Below, one piece after another: positions 10,990 to 24,207 of a stretch of 64,000 nt of DNA. How positions within the stretch are numbered: position 1 is the first letter of the stretch; each line of letters begins with the position of its first letter. Source of the stretch: Eledone cirrhosa (Eukaryota); NCBI GenBank assembly GCA_964016885.1, contig OZ024745.1, positions 103,974,001-104,038,000 of the forward strand. Direction: 5' to 3'. The translations under genes were made by a program, and so were the position numbers. A model generated the notes under the pieces. It was not told where the DNA came from. It saw only the letters and a program-made list of their open reading frames with translations, and did not search any database.

Positions 10990-12049
10990 TATATATCATC
11001 ATCATCATCATCATTTAATGTCTATTTTCCAAGCTTGCATTCATTAAATAGGCAATCATGTACTGATGTTAGACTGGTCAGGTGACTATGCCTGGCTTCA
11101 TTTCTATGGCTGGATGCCCCTCCTAATGCCAACCACATTTTATCATGACTCTGACCTATATGTATACAATATATATATATTCTTTCATTGGTTTCAGTAA
11201 TTAGACTGTGGCCAAACTGGGACACCACCATGTAAAGCTTTAGTCGATCATATTGACTCCAATACTTATCTTTTTTTTCAAGTCTGGTACTTATTTGATC
11301 AACCTCTTTTTCTTGAACCACTAATTAAATATAAATACAGACGCAAGCACATGTATATATACGTATCCATATATATAACAGGCTTCCACATTGTTTCAGC
11401 CGACCAAATTTTTCTCAAAAAGCATTGCCACACAGTGGAACTGAACTTGAAACTACATGGTTGTGGAGCAAACTCCTTAATTACAGTCAATTCAGCAACT
11501 ATACAACAAGTATTTAAAGGTTATTTTCTATAAAAATATAGGGGTTAGCTTTGCAGGCCCTTTCACAAGTTTCTCCATTTTGTCTTATCATCTGCACCCC
11601 ACTCCCCATAACCTTTTGCCATGTCTTTCTTAGATGTTTTCCTTCCTCTAATTCCTTCTACATTCTTCTCTCACCCATTCACTCTTATCCTTCTTCAGCA
11701 CATGTCCCAACCATCTCATTTCATTTCTCATGTATATTGGATTTGATTTAACCAAGTAAAAAAAACAATCAATATGATAATAGTAATTAATTAGAAAACT
11801 TTGAAACTATCATAAGACTAACTGGTAAATCTATCATATAGTGGTATGTTACTTTCTTTAGAAAGTATGATTACATTCTATGTTTAAGTATGTGTATGAG
11901 TTCTAATTTGTTGTAAATGCTTTGTAGAGAACTTGAATAAGTGACTTAATTCTAAATGTTTCAGATAATTTTTTCTTGCATCTCATTTATTGCTAACAAA
12001 TTTATTTTATTCAGGTTTTCCTTTCATGCATGATTAGATTTTGTTCAAT

Positions 12050-12345
12050 CACCATCATCATCATCGTTTAACGTCCATCTTCCACGCTTGCATGGGTTTG
12101 GACGGAAGTTTTCCCACTTGAGGCAAGAGTGGTTGTCTTGCTCCCATAGGACTGTCTGGCGGGTTTTCTACAGCTGGAAGCCCTTCCTAACACCAACCAC
12201 GTTTACAGTGTGGACTGGGAGGTTTTTACCGTGTTACCTACACGGCCACATTACAGTGTGGACTGTGTGTTTTTTTGTCGTGACACCTACACGACCTCAT
12301 TTGTTTCGGACTGGATGTTGTGGTACCAACATAACTTTACATTGA
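12050..12345 (-). mobile_element. Non-autonomous RTE-derived element (near-identical plus-strand copy at about 35395-35626; relatives at about 1110-1520, 30350-30545, 45630-45930, 48380-48680 and 50617-50780)
   Basis: Contains the ggttggtgttaggaagggcatccagctgtagaaa module and the tail acccatgcaagcgtggaa..tggacgttaaacgatgatgatg. Confidence 0.85.
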
Positions 12346-12424
12346 AAGGGGTGGTGTGGATAGAGTGGGGGTAGTGGGACGGAGGTGTATTTTGTTAGAG
12401 GTACCTACTGACTGTAGTAGGTTT

Positions 12425-13060
12425 CACTTTGTACTTAGGTAAGGCGGGTCTTCTGTATTACTGTGTAGTGCCAAAGATCTCGGTCCAGTGACATTGTCTT
12501 GGAGAGGTGTAAGTGTGTGAGGTCGGAATTTATCAAGTCGTCCCAGGTTTTTCTGGGTCTGCCTACTCTGTGGCTACCGTCTATTTTTATTGCCCTGCAC
12601 TTTTTTATACAGCTGTCGTCTTTCATGCGCATCATGTGACCATACCAACGTAGTCTTCTCTCGAGTAAACAACATCTGATCACTCTTATTTCTAATTTTT
12701 CCCTTAGTTCGTTTATACTTTGCCGTTCACGTATATTACTATTACACATCCAGCGGAGCATGCAAGCTTCATTCCTCTCCAGTCTGCACACAATGCCCAG
12801 GTCTCACTGCCATATAACATTGCTGTTCGTATGCAGGCATCATACAGCCTGCCTTTCATTTTTAGAGAGAACCCTTTAGTGGCTAATAGTGGTATAAGCT
12901 CTCTGAACTTTTTCCATCCAGTTCTGACTCTAGCTACTGTACTTTCAGAGCACCTGCCACCACTGCTGATTTTGTCACCCAAGTAACGGAAGGTGTCCAC
13001 TATTTCTATAGAACCATTTGTGCAATGGAATGAGCTAGTATTCTGTGGGCACTTTGCTGC
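12425..13060 (-). mobile_element. Diverged RTE LINE 3' fragment (another at about 32930-33480, minus)
   Basis: Minus ORFs read FRYLGDKISSGG..GWKKFRELIPLL..MLYGSETW and RRLRWYGHMMRM..GRPRKTW. Confidence 0.9.
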
Positions 13061-16039
13061 TATTTATTGCACTTAATATTATATATATATATGGCTTAGG
13101 GCAATATTTGGTCTTCTTCACATATCTTACTAGATATTTTTTTTATGTAAATTGAAAAGCTACATCACATCAACATAAAAAAAAAAAAAGAATTATATGT
13201 AAAAATTTTATCTCAAACACTAAACTAATGTGCAAAGCAGACAGAAATTACTCACAGAAAAGGTGAACTTACATATGTAACTAAAATACACAAACAATTT
13301 CAAATGCTATCTACTCTCTATATGTATTTGAATAACATTTCTTGACAAGTACAGAGATAATAAAAGCAATAAATAGATGCATTCTCATTCCAATTTAAAG
13401 ATAATTCTAAATTTAAAAACATTTAGATCTTCTCAGACAATCATTGAATTAAAACTAAAATAATGGTTTCTGATTTAGGCACAAGGCCAACAATTTTGGG
13501 GGAAGGTGAAAGTAGATTAAATCAACCCCAATGCATTACTGGTACTTTATTTTATCAATCCTTTAAGGATGAAAGGCAAAGCTAACCATGGCAGGATTTA
13601 AACACAGAACGTAAAGAGCTGTAACTCTGTGCTGTAAAGCATGGTGTCCGACGCCCTTCTGATACAGTATGTAAAATAATAACACTGGCTTCAATAATTT
13701 CAGCACACACATATGTACACAATAAAATGATAAAATACATGTTTGTTTCTGCGCTTATTCTAAAATAACTAGAGCATAAAGTTCAACAAAAACCATGAAT
13801 TATTAAAATGAAGAGAAACACAGGCAAAGTGAAGTCATTTAAAATAAATCTATCTAAAAATGACAAAAATATTGATTTCTTTGAAGTTAATATTGGGAGG
13901 TTAATGTTAAACATAAAAACAAAGGGCATCAGCTTGTTTAATGAGATTATGCCAATTACACTAAAACATTAAAATTTTGCTCTTTTTAACTAAAAATTAT
14001 ATATCATTCATCATTAACAAGTAATGTTTATTTAAAGACATTGTTGGCAAACATTCTGGGGCAGTTTGAAGGTGTTATTTTTTTTCCTTTGTCTTTTTTT
14101 TAGTTAATAAAACATTTTTGATAAATGTAATTTTCAGTTTAGGTCTTCTTGGATATGTGTATGGCAGATGACATGCACATGTGAGTACATTTGGATTGCA
14201 CAATCAACCTTGTTTAAATATTTAAAAATAACAAATACCTTTTATTACGCTAGATCATTATTTGTTTCTTAATCAAATATTGATGAAAACTTCAAGGAAA
14301 GTCTTACTTTACTCCCCAGTATGAGCAAATGTTAAATGTTAGATAACATCTATATGATGGCCAGGAAATTAAATCATGTAGCATCTGCTAAGGTGGTGAG
14401 GCTGTTGCTCAAAGCCTAAGAATAGCATGTGGTATTAGTTCAAATGATGTGAAACCTGAAGAGCCGATGGTTAGTTTGTGGTGGTAAGACGTGGAAGAGA
14501 ATTTGAATCCATAGAGTAGTGATTCTTAGAACAAATATAACATATATAGTGTGAAATGTGGTGAAGATAGGAAAATTAGAAGAAAAGCAGTGTGAGGGAT
14601 GAGAGACCTAGATGTGGGTACATAGGTTCATACCTTTATGATAAGAGTGATGATTAGTTCATAAGTATACAACAGAATATGTGTGTGAGAAGAAAAATTC
14701 ATAAAGTGTCAGGCAAGAGGAAGTTTTAGTATGGCATAATTCAGTGTAATTGTTGAATATATTCAGTCCGTTCTGCTTGAACAGACATTATGAGTTAGTG
14801 GGAAATACCCAGTCTTGCAGCTTGCATCATACGTATGATACATATTTTAGTTAAATGAGAGGTTAGAACTTACTTTACTGTACTTTTTGTTTTAATCAGT
14901 GGATGACCTAAATACCAGTTATAAACTGGGACTTATTCAATTTACTCCCCCATTACAAATTTGTAACTTATTGGATATATAAGAAATCAATAACATGTCA
15001 GCTGAATCAAGAAATCTGAGTGGATGGGACTTTTGGAACAGGTAGACCTAGGAAGATAACATGCTGTACTGGAGAAGACTTGCCTTCCAGCATAAAAATG
15101 GGACCCTCCCTTAACGTTGCTCCTTAGAAACTATACCCCCATCACTACTCATAAGGTCACGGGTTCAATTCCAGAGGTTACCCCCCCCCCCCCCCAGCTG
15201 GGGGATAAGCTCTGTAACTTACTGTCATCTGGTGCAGGGAGGGACAGTCTTTTCATGCTAGGATTAGAGTCCCTATCAGTTAAACACCTAAGAAACCTCC
15301 TACAAGATGTAATCTTCTAAAAGACCAGCTAAACCTACATAGGTGTGAGTTGTAACAACAATAACATCGTAAATAATTCTTGCCTGCATGTGATGTTAAT
15401 AATGCATTGAAATATTAAGAAAAGCAAAACAAAAATAAAACATATATCCATTACTAAAAAATACATTAATTGACATTTCATTGTTCTCTTGTCTAGAAAG
15501 GAAAAAAAGTTTGCCGTTAGTGCTCAATAAAAGTTGTGCAGCTTATATGTTTAGGCTAAAAAAAAAGAACAAAAAAAAAACAAACAACCCTTTTATACTT
15601 GGCAATGATTAATGGTGACATGAATATCTACTTAAAAAAAAAACAATATGACAAAATCAATATTTACATTTTCTTTCTTTTTTTGTCATTTCATAAATTA
15701 TTTCATCAACGTTGTCTGAACCACCAATTTTACATTTACTTTTCTATGTTAGCATGGATTAGATGACATTTTTTAAAGGTACTCTTCTATGGTTAAATGC
15801 TCTTCCTGATACCACATTTTTAAAGTAATGTACTGATCTTTGGATGTTGAATTACTGATCTGCATGACATAAGAAGTCTGCCTAAGTGGTGACAATGCAA
15901 AACCAAGACACACATATTATAAGGGTAATTTTTAAAGGGAAGGAGTGGAGTCAAATATTATCCATAGCTGTATAGGGTTGGTGGAAAAAACCACCTTATT
16001 GAATACTACTTATAACTTTTGGCCTACTGTGACCACTTG

Positions 16040-16225
16040 AGACAACATCGATGATCTCATATTTATGCAAGATGGGGCCCCCTCCTCATTTTGCACACAG
16101 TCTGTGAGTGGCTTGGTCGTTGAGGTCCATATGGATGGCCAGCAAGAAGCCCTGACTTAATGCCATGTGATCTTTTTCCTGTGGGGTGGGCGAAGGAAGA
16201 AGTTTATAGCTCAAAATCAAAAATG
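16040..16225 (+). mobile_element. Tc1/mariner-superfamily transposase fragment
   Basis: Reads FMQDGAP.H ... WPARSPDLMPCDLF.WGWAKEEVY with frameshifts. Confidence 0.7.
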
Positions 16226-16729
16226 TTATTAATAATTGCATTTTTGTGGTAAAAGGCTTTAGCTCACATAATATTGAATCTATGAGATTTTGATGTGATT
16301 TATTTTGAGACCAATCTCAATGCCAGTATGAGTGGCCAGTTACGATCAGTTTGAACAGAAAAAGGTGAAAGAATTCTGGCCAGATATGGCCGGTTTAAAT
16401 GTTAAAGGGTTAAGTCTGGTGCCAAATTCTCATTGAAGGATATCTTTCCTAGGCACAGGGACATTATTATTATTTTTATAAGACCAATAGTCTATAGTTA
16501 ATCAATCCAACTTAACACACTCTACAATCTACAACAACTTCATTGAATTCTTCTTCAATTCCTTTTGCTCGCTATGAAACATTGGGTGATAAGAATTCTC
16601 CATTTTGCATGGTTGCAAGCCTTGTCATGTAGGTATGTTCTTCACTTTAGTAACAATTTTAATTAATGGAGGTAAAGTTGCTAGTCACACATTCCATGCC
16701 TTCATTATACTTATATTAAAAATGAGACT

Positions 16730-16946
16730 TTAACCCTTTAGCATTTACATTACACTATATATACTTTTGGTATTTTCGCAGTAAAGGTTTTATCGCACAT
16801 AATATTGAATCTATGGGACTTTGATATTATTTATTTTGAGAACAATTCCTTAACATCAGTATGAGTGGCTAGTTACGGCCGGTTTGAACAGAAAGAGGTG
16901 AGAGAATTCTGGCCAGATACAGCTGGTTTAAATGCTAAAATGTTAA
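16730..16946. mobile_element. piggyBac-type MITE (a partial copy also lies at about 16232-16413)
   Basis: TTAA TSD and the same TIR and body as the other copies. Confidence 0.88.
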
Positions 16947-17292
16947 GTAAATCAAAAATCTTAATGTGATCCATCACTGCTTAAAAATGTGGAAAAATAT
17001 ATTAGCCATTAGTTCCTCCACATATAAAAGGGTTAAACATTTTTTTAATGAAACAAATAAATAATATATTTTAAAAAGCTTTAAGCAAAAGTAAATATAA
17101 TTAGGAACATATTAGCATTATATTGAATGGCTATACAAGAATTATAGCTATGATATCACAGTTCTCTAACTTTCCATATTGAAAAATAACGAGATAAAAC
17201 AAAACAAAAAAAAACACAAAAAAATATAAACATCTAAACTCCATCCATTTGGACAGGTTGGTGGGAAGAATAGATGATAGCAACATAGAAAT

Positions 17293-17336
<44 letters not shown>

Positions 17337-17559
17337 GATATGAAGAATCTCCTGAGTATTTCATAGCACATTGAGGCAGTTAAGGAAGCCAATATAGTCG
17401 AACCAAAGCCATGCAGTTGGACATTATGCAAGCCTGCTTTAATTACAGATAATAAACAAATTTAAGTGCTTCTTTCATTTGTTAGGATCCATTTTTTACT
17501 GGAGCCCATGCGTGTCGAGGGTTTATATATAAGCTCAGATAACTTTGGAACCGACTTAC

Positions 17560-17622
17560 AGCTTCTGTAGACATTCCTCTACTTCTGCTAAGGGTTGGGG
17601 CTTGTTCTGACACAGGAGTTGT
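17560..17622 (-). CDS. TOM1L2: Probable TOM1-like linker exon: TTPVSEQAPTLSRSRGMSTEA
   Basis: ttattccag acceptor, GTAAGT donor, 63 nt open in phase 0-0. It is a GC-richer unique island in an AT-rich intron. No conserved motif confirms it. Confidence 0.72.
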
Positions 17623-18849
17623 CTGGAATAACACAAAAAGCAGAACTGGAGAAACATTTGTTAACTAATATCAGGAAACCTGGCATTGATAAGATGTGGA
17701 ACAAGGACATAATAATAATAGTAATAGTAACTTAAATGATTGAATAAAAGATTATTGATTCCTAACATAATTGATATCTTAGTAGATGTTTAGGTTTGTT
17801 TTACTGGACTAAAACAATAAAAATTAAAATGTAAGGTGTAGCCAGTACTAAAATAAAATTACAACATATTCTAAATTCCGAAAATCGTTTTAATTGAAAA
17901 AATAATTGCTATTTTGCAAGTAAACTATCATTTTAATATACATTTTCCTAAGATTTTTTAAATTAGAGAAGCAATATCTACTACTGCTCCCACTATCTTC
18001 TTCAACACAAGTTTCATCACTAATTATGTTACTCAGTGAAAGAAAGGCAGTGACCATGGTCTTTGCAGGTAAACTCAGGCTGTGCTAGGAAAAATGTATG
18101 AAAAGATTGGGAAAGTGTTTAAAAAGAAAGTACACATTGTGAAGGGGTTAACATTAGGAAGGGCTTCCAGACCATAGAAACCATGTCAAAATGGAGCAGC
18201 AAGACACAGTCCTATCCTTTGACCTGTCTGTCTAGCCTCAAAACATGACAACCCATCTAACCCATGTAAGCATGGAAAGAAGATGTAAAACAGTGGAGGT
18301 AATGATGTTCATATATAAAAGGTGGTTTGATAGAATACTGTTTCTTTGAGATGTGTAGTGATTGTGTTTTGGATCTGATGAAGGAAACCGGTTTGTTATG
18401 TCACCCATATCATCTGCATATATATAGGGTGTTGTCAGAGGTGACAGTAAGTAGGTTGTTAATGTGTTAAAGTTGTCAAGGACAAATATCATCTAGTCTG
18501 TGACAAAAGAGATTAAGTGTCGGTTATATACAATTATGCTGAAACCATTTGTTTTAATGGGGTGGTGCAGAGAGAGAGAGAGAGAGAGAGAGACTGAAGG
18601 TGATGAAGGTGGTTATTTATGACCATCTCCATCTATTCTAATAACCAAACTCAAACCCCAAATCAACAACAGACTAGAACTCAAAACCCACTTGCCAACA
18701 GAGACATATCCACTACTACCATACTTCATCCTACTTCAAAAATAGACACAACTAAGAAACACTCCCCCACACCGTTTGGGCTTGTGTCATTGGGGTAGCG
18801 ATGTTTGAGCACACTTTTGGGACATAGGGTATTCTCATTATTACTATAT

Positions 18850-19079
18850 GTTTTGCGGCATGTAGTTACAGCCCTTTATGTTCTGAGTCCAAATCCCACC
18901 GAGGTTAGGTTTGCCTTTCATCCTTATGGGGTTGATAAAATAAAGGGCCAGTAATGCAGTAGGGTCGATTTGATTGACTTTCTCCTTCCCCTCAAATTGC
19001 TGCCCTTGTGCCAAAAGTAGAAACAGTTGTTACAACAGCCACTATTCGCTACCCACCATAGCTTAGAACATATAGCATT

Positions 19080-19118
<39 letters not shown>

Positions 19119-19808
19119 CCAATTTCAAATTCAAAAATAGCAATTTAAGAATGACAAAACAATATCCTGTTCCGAATTAGTCTCCCCAATTATTCTTTCA
19201 ATGAAAGGATTTTATCCTGAAATATAAGAACAAATAAACAACTGTGAGGTAACATCTCTATATCTCTGTCATTATTATATTTTTAACGGTGGATTGGCAG
19301 TATCGGTAGAGGGTCGGACGCCATGCTTTCCAGCATAGTTACGTCCCTTTACGATCTGAGTTCAAATCCCGCTGAGGTTGACTTTGCCTTTCATCCTTAC
19401 GGGGTCGATAAAATAAAGTACCAGTAATGCACTGGGTAATTGCTGGCCTTGTGCCTAAAGTAGAAACAATTATTATATTTTTAACATCAAATATGAGTTC
19501 AAATCCTGCTGAGGTTAGCTTTGCCTTTCATCTGAGGTTGATTTAACTGACTTTCCTCTTCCCCCAAAATTGTTGACTTTCTGCCTAAATCAGAAACCAT
19601 TATATCTTTTACAATTTGATGGCGGTGGATTAGCAGTATCGGTAGAGGGTCGGACGCCATGCTTTGACGCATAGAGTTACGGCCCTTGCCATTCTGAGTT
19701 CAAATCCCGCCGAGGTTAACTTTGCCTTTCATCCTTACGGGGTCGATAAAATAAAGTACCAGTAATGCACTGGGTAATTGCTGGCCTTGTGCCAAAAGTA
19801 GAAACAAT
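18850..19808 (+). mobile_element. Cluster of four SINE-A copies (about 18850-19028, 19288-19470, 19494-19600, 19621-19808)
   Basis: The SINE-A body is repeated. TSDs are attattatatttttaac and attatatcttttacaatttg. Confidence 0.9.
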
Positions 19809-22273
19809 TATATCTTTTACAATTTGTCTTGCAGTAGCTTTTTAATAAAACACTATTTTCTACATTTCCATCACTTTTAAGATACTCGATGTGAGGGTGA
19901 TGTGCAGGTAAGTAAGTAAAGCCAGGGAGGCTGCTTTCATGGACAAATTCAGTCAGTCACAACAAAATATGATTAACAAAAAACGTAATTTAAAATGAAA
20001 TACAAATACTTATATATTTATATTTACTGTATGCTCCCCAAAAATGTTATTACCAGCTTAAACTTCTTACTTAAGAATCAACTTTTCAAACAGTCTTCCA
20101 TTTATGAAAAAAATGCATAAATATTTATAGTGTGTATTTTATAAGTTGAATTGAGTAAAAAAAAATATTTTAGCCAAAGAAAGTATGTAAAAGCTTATTT
20201 GTGTTTAAACTATCTTTAAAACTATTTAGTTTATGTGTAATGTAATATTGAAGTTCTTAAAACTATTTAGCTTAATTGTAATGTAACATTGCAAATGTAA
20301 CTAGATTTAAGGATATCACGGAACTGACAAAACAATAAATTTTAAACTTCTTGGCTATCTTCAGGTGTCAGTGCAACCTGCCCTATGCCTTGTCAGAGGT
20401 TTGAAACCCTACATATACATACACAAACACATTATATATATTTAAAAAATTTTTGCATATGCAAGTTATTATTATAGTTACCCTACTGCATGATATTTTA
20501 CATAATTATGTAGGCAGCTATCATTTGGAATAGAAAATCTAACATCTGAACTACCACACCTCTAATAGCAATGGTAACTTTTCATTAACCCTTCTGATAC
20601 CAAACCACCTGCAACCATGCTTGATTTTAGGATACAACAAAGGTGTTTGGTTTAAAGTGTTTATATTTATCTAAAAACTTTCCATCATATTTAATTGTCA
20701 TTGAAAAGGTTACAGAATGTGTGATGAAAGAAGCTTTGACAAATAAATATGACAATCAAACATCCAGTTACTAAACTTTCCATCATAATTTTATGTACAA
20801 AGCCAAACAACAACTTACAAACAAAATGGGGTTCCTTTGAAGGGTCTTTGGAGCAACGTTACTTGAGAGTGTGTAGCTCGGAGATCAGAGAGTCATTCTA
20901 GGTAGAGTTGCTATTTCTCCAAATTGAGAGATCACAGCCCCGATACTATAGGCATGTGGTTAGGATGTCTCTGGAAAGAATCGCTAGACAGATTTTATGG
21001 GCTAAACCAACCGGAAGGAGACCCAGGGGTAGACTCTGAGCAAGATGGTTGGATAACATTTATGAGCTTGGATGGTCTCGCTTGGGGATCCAGCCGGATC
21101 AGTTGGAGACAGTTGCTTCCAACAGGACCCACTGGGAATAGCGTTTGTGGACTCTGCCCCAATGATCCTCTCTGTCTCTCTCGAAGTTACCAGCCAGCAG
21201 ATAACAAAGTGAACAAAATAATTAACTTTTACTTAAAATAGGAAAAGTAAGCAGCTCCAGTGCCTTATGTTAAAATTTACTGTTGTGATAGATATAAATG
21301 TGAATGTTTTAGATTAACAAGGGTTTAGTAAAAAATGTTATATGAATTATCCTAGTAATTAATGCCAACTCAACAGATCTGTGCTCAATACAATATTAGT
21401 AGAACCAAACAGCAATATGAAATTAACAGTTCTCCTACTAATGCCAAATAACAATACCATGCATCAACATCATTGTATGGGTTCGACTGGACTTTTCGAG
21501 ACTATGTTTTATTTTATAGCAGGATGCCCTCCCTGACACTAAACCCTTTACTCACTTCTTATGACATGCAAGGATATGGCATACATATTGTAAACTAGAT
21601 ATAAACATAATAAAACAAGTTGTATAACAAGACAAAACACCTGAAAGAAAACCAACAGATGACCTACTGCAAACACAAATATTTGACATATTCAACACCA
21701 ATTAAAATCATGACAGGTACATGTAAAATAAAACAACACAAATGACCTAATTTAACCCATCTAAAATTACCTTGAATTCATAATATGAAATTACTTATTT
21801 TTAAATGTTTATCCTTATATTAAAACCTTTCAACATAAATGTATTTTACAAAGTTTTGCACAATACATCACTATAACTGCATCACATTAAATAAATTCTT
21901 TGCTGTGATACTGCAAATTTTCACAATGATCTGTCAATTAGTAAATATACTACAAATATTTGAATTAACAAACCTATTTAACAATATTTTGTGCTAAATC
22001 ATGACAGGATATTAAGAGTTAAGAGTAACTAGTTATAGAACATTCATTCCAGTTAAGTATACACATTGTATCTGTAAGTAAAACCTAGAGATTAAATAAG
22101 ACATTAATTATTGTTAGTCTCATAATAATGGTAATGATGATACACCTATGCAGAAAAAATTAACAACCACGTTTATAGGCAATTGAATTCCATCTTTAGT
22201 AGCCTTAAACCTTGTAAAGAAAAGTAGGTCAGTTTACAGAAACACACAAAGCAACAGAAATTGGAAGCATAGT

Positions 22274-22488
22274 TTAACCCTTTAGCATTCACTTTACTCT
22301 ATATTTACTATTTCATTTTCATGGTAAAGGTTTTATCTCACATAATATCGAATCTATGAGTTTTTGATATTATATATTTTGAGAACTATACTTAACATCA
22401 GCATGAGTGACCAGTTGCAGCTGGTTTGAACAGAAAGAAGTGAGAGAATTCTGGCCGGATATAGCTGGTTTAAATGCTAAAGGGTTAA
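22274..22488. mobile_element. piggyBac-type MITE (further copies at 37938-38055 partial, 54546-54736, and about 55981-56135 partial)
   Basis: TTAA-CCCTTTAGCATT ... AATGCTAAAGGG-TTAA. Confidence 0.9.
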
Positions 22489-22915
22489 TGAGTTTAGCAA
22501 CTAAAATAAAACCATCATTATTTCATAATAAACATGTAATGACTTAAACCCTTCCAACATTAAAACATCTCAAAAAGGGTTAAAACATTTTTCAGATGTT
22601 AAAAAAATATAACTTTTTTATTTTTTGCTTGCTTGTCACTGGGCTTGTTTCATTTAATGTAAAATGAAGTAGTCAGCTGTCTTTACTGCAATAGATTACT
22701 AAGAGGGTTAACAGTAACAGGTTAAGAAGTAATACATTCTAAACACAAAAAAGATCTGAAATTACAAACAAATGTAAATATATATATATATAATAAAAAA
22801 TGTCATTAAAGTTGTATTTAAAATTGAGCTGAAGAAAACACCAACATGGTAGGGTAAAAGTCAAAAGAAATTCATAAAGTTATTTCAGCTGTGATAAAAT
22901 TAGTTTTCAACTTAC

Positions 22916-23050
22916 TCTGGCAGGTGTGTGGATAGGTGCCAATTTATCTAAATCAGTCATAGGAAATTCAATGCCTTTTCCTTTCAAGTCCTGGTATACC
23001 TTCTCCACCTCTTTCAGCTCTGCTGAGCCATGGAAGGCATCTGCCCAAGT
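22916..23050 (-). CDS. TOM1L2: TOM1/TOM1L2-like exon (VHS end): [45 protein letters not shown]
   Basis: Not in the ORF track; translated by hand. ttttccag/GTAAGT, 135 nt. WADAF and [16 protein letters not shown] are TOM1-family motifs. Confidence 0.96.
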
Positions 23051-23384
23051 CTGGAAAAATAAATATTAGAAAAACTGACACATGTCACTCATAGAATTTA
23101 AACCACCATCAAGCTCTACACAAGAATGAAAAGAAAACGAGGGGGGTGGGGGTGGGGGGGGGGGATAGAAAAAACAAACAAACATTATAACAACTTTTGG
23201 TAGTTATTGATTTGTTGCTAATTTCTTTTGTTCTAAACACTCACTAGCTAAAGCAATCTTATTCACAAAGCTGGACATTATTTACAGTTTTGATAGAATT
23301 AACTGATTCAGAATATGTCCAACTAAAAGAAAGCTAGTATAGTTTAGGTATATTCAAACTTACACATATATATATAGCACTAGG

Positions 23385-23716
23385 GTAGAGACCCCCTTCG
23401 GTCATGAATGACCATGGGATTTTCACCTAGGAAGTTTCCCTCCGAGGCACAAGTCCGAGCAAGGTTGTTTGTGGAAGACCAGTAGTCGCCCATGCATACC
23501 AGTCTCCCCTCCCCACCTCACCACTGATGTCCAAGGGAAAGGCAAAGGCCGATACAGCTTGGCACCAGTGACATCGCAACTCATTTCTACAGCTGAGAAA
23601 ACTGGAGCAATCTGAAATAAAGTGCCTTGCTCAAGAACACAATGCAAAGTGCGGTCCGAGAATTGAACTCACAACCTCACGATTGTATGCCCGACGCTCT
23701 AACCACTAAGCCATAC
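23385..23716 (-). mobile_element. tRNA/CORE-like SINE with an alternative 3' half
   Basis: Minus strand has A-box TGGCTTAGTGG, B-box GTTCAATTC and cttgagcaaggcactttatttca..ttgctccagt..tcagctgtagaaatg, as in SINE-B, followed by an unrelated tail. Confidence 0.85.
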
Positions 23717-24207
23717 ATATATTTCATCATCACTATCATTGTTTTTACATCCAGTTTTCCACAATGGCATAGGTTGGGCAGTATATTTCAAGACAATGTT
23801 TGACAGTCACATGCCCTTCCTGATGCCAACACATTTATTGATTGTAAAGAAGAAAAGTAAATACTTAAAGAACAGTAGTCTAGCCTAATTTGAAATCAGT
23901 TGGATATTTTTCTATCCCACTACAATAAGAATTTGAAAATTTAAACGCACAGCCTGTTGTAAAGATACTGATCTACCTTTGGACAACATTTTCTAATTAA
24001 AGTTTTCACTTTTCTGGGTAGTCATCATATTTGGAAACCTAAGGTAGCACTTTTTGTTCTATATATGAACATAAATAAACAATATTATATAGGTTAACTT
24101 TGCCTTTCATCCTTACGGGGTCGATAAAATAAAGTACCAGTAATGTACTGGGTAATTGCTGGCCTTGTGCCTAAAACAGAAATTATATATATATATATAT
24201 ATATATA

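Noticed and set aside
13256-13280. Possible micro/poison exon (ttttag|TTACATAT|gtaagt, or 25 nt to gtgagt)
   Set aside because: Neither 8 nor 25 nt keeps frame, and the longer form has a stop. Such sites arise by chance in AT-rich introns, and only RNA data could rescue it.
23140-23164. G-quadruplex-capable G-run near an acceptor
   Set aside because: The G-rich strand is the template strand, so it is not in the pre-mRNA. It is a simple homopolymer with no further support.
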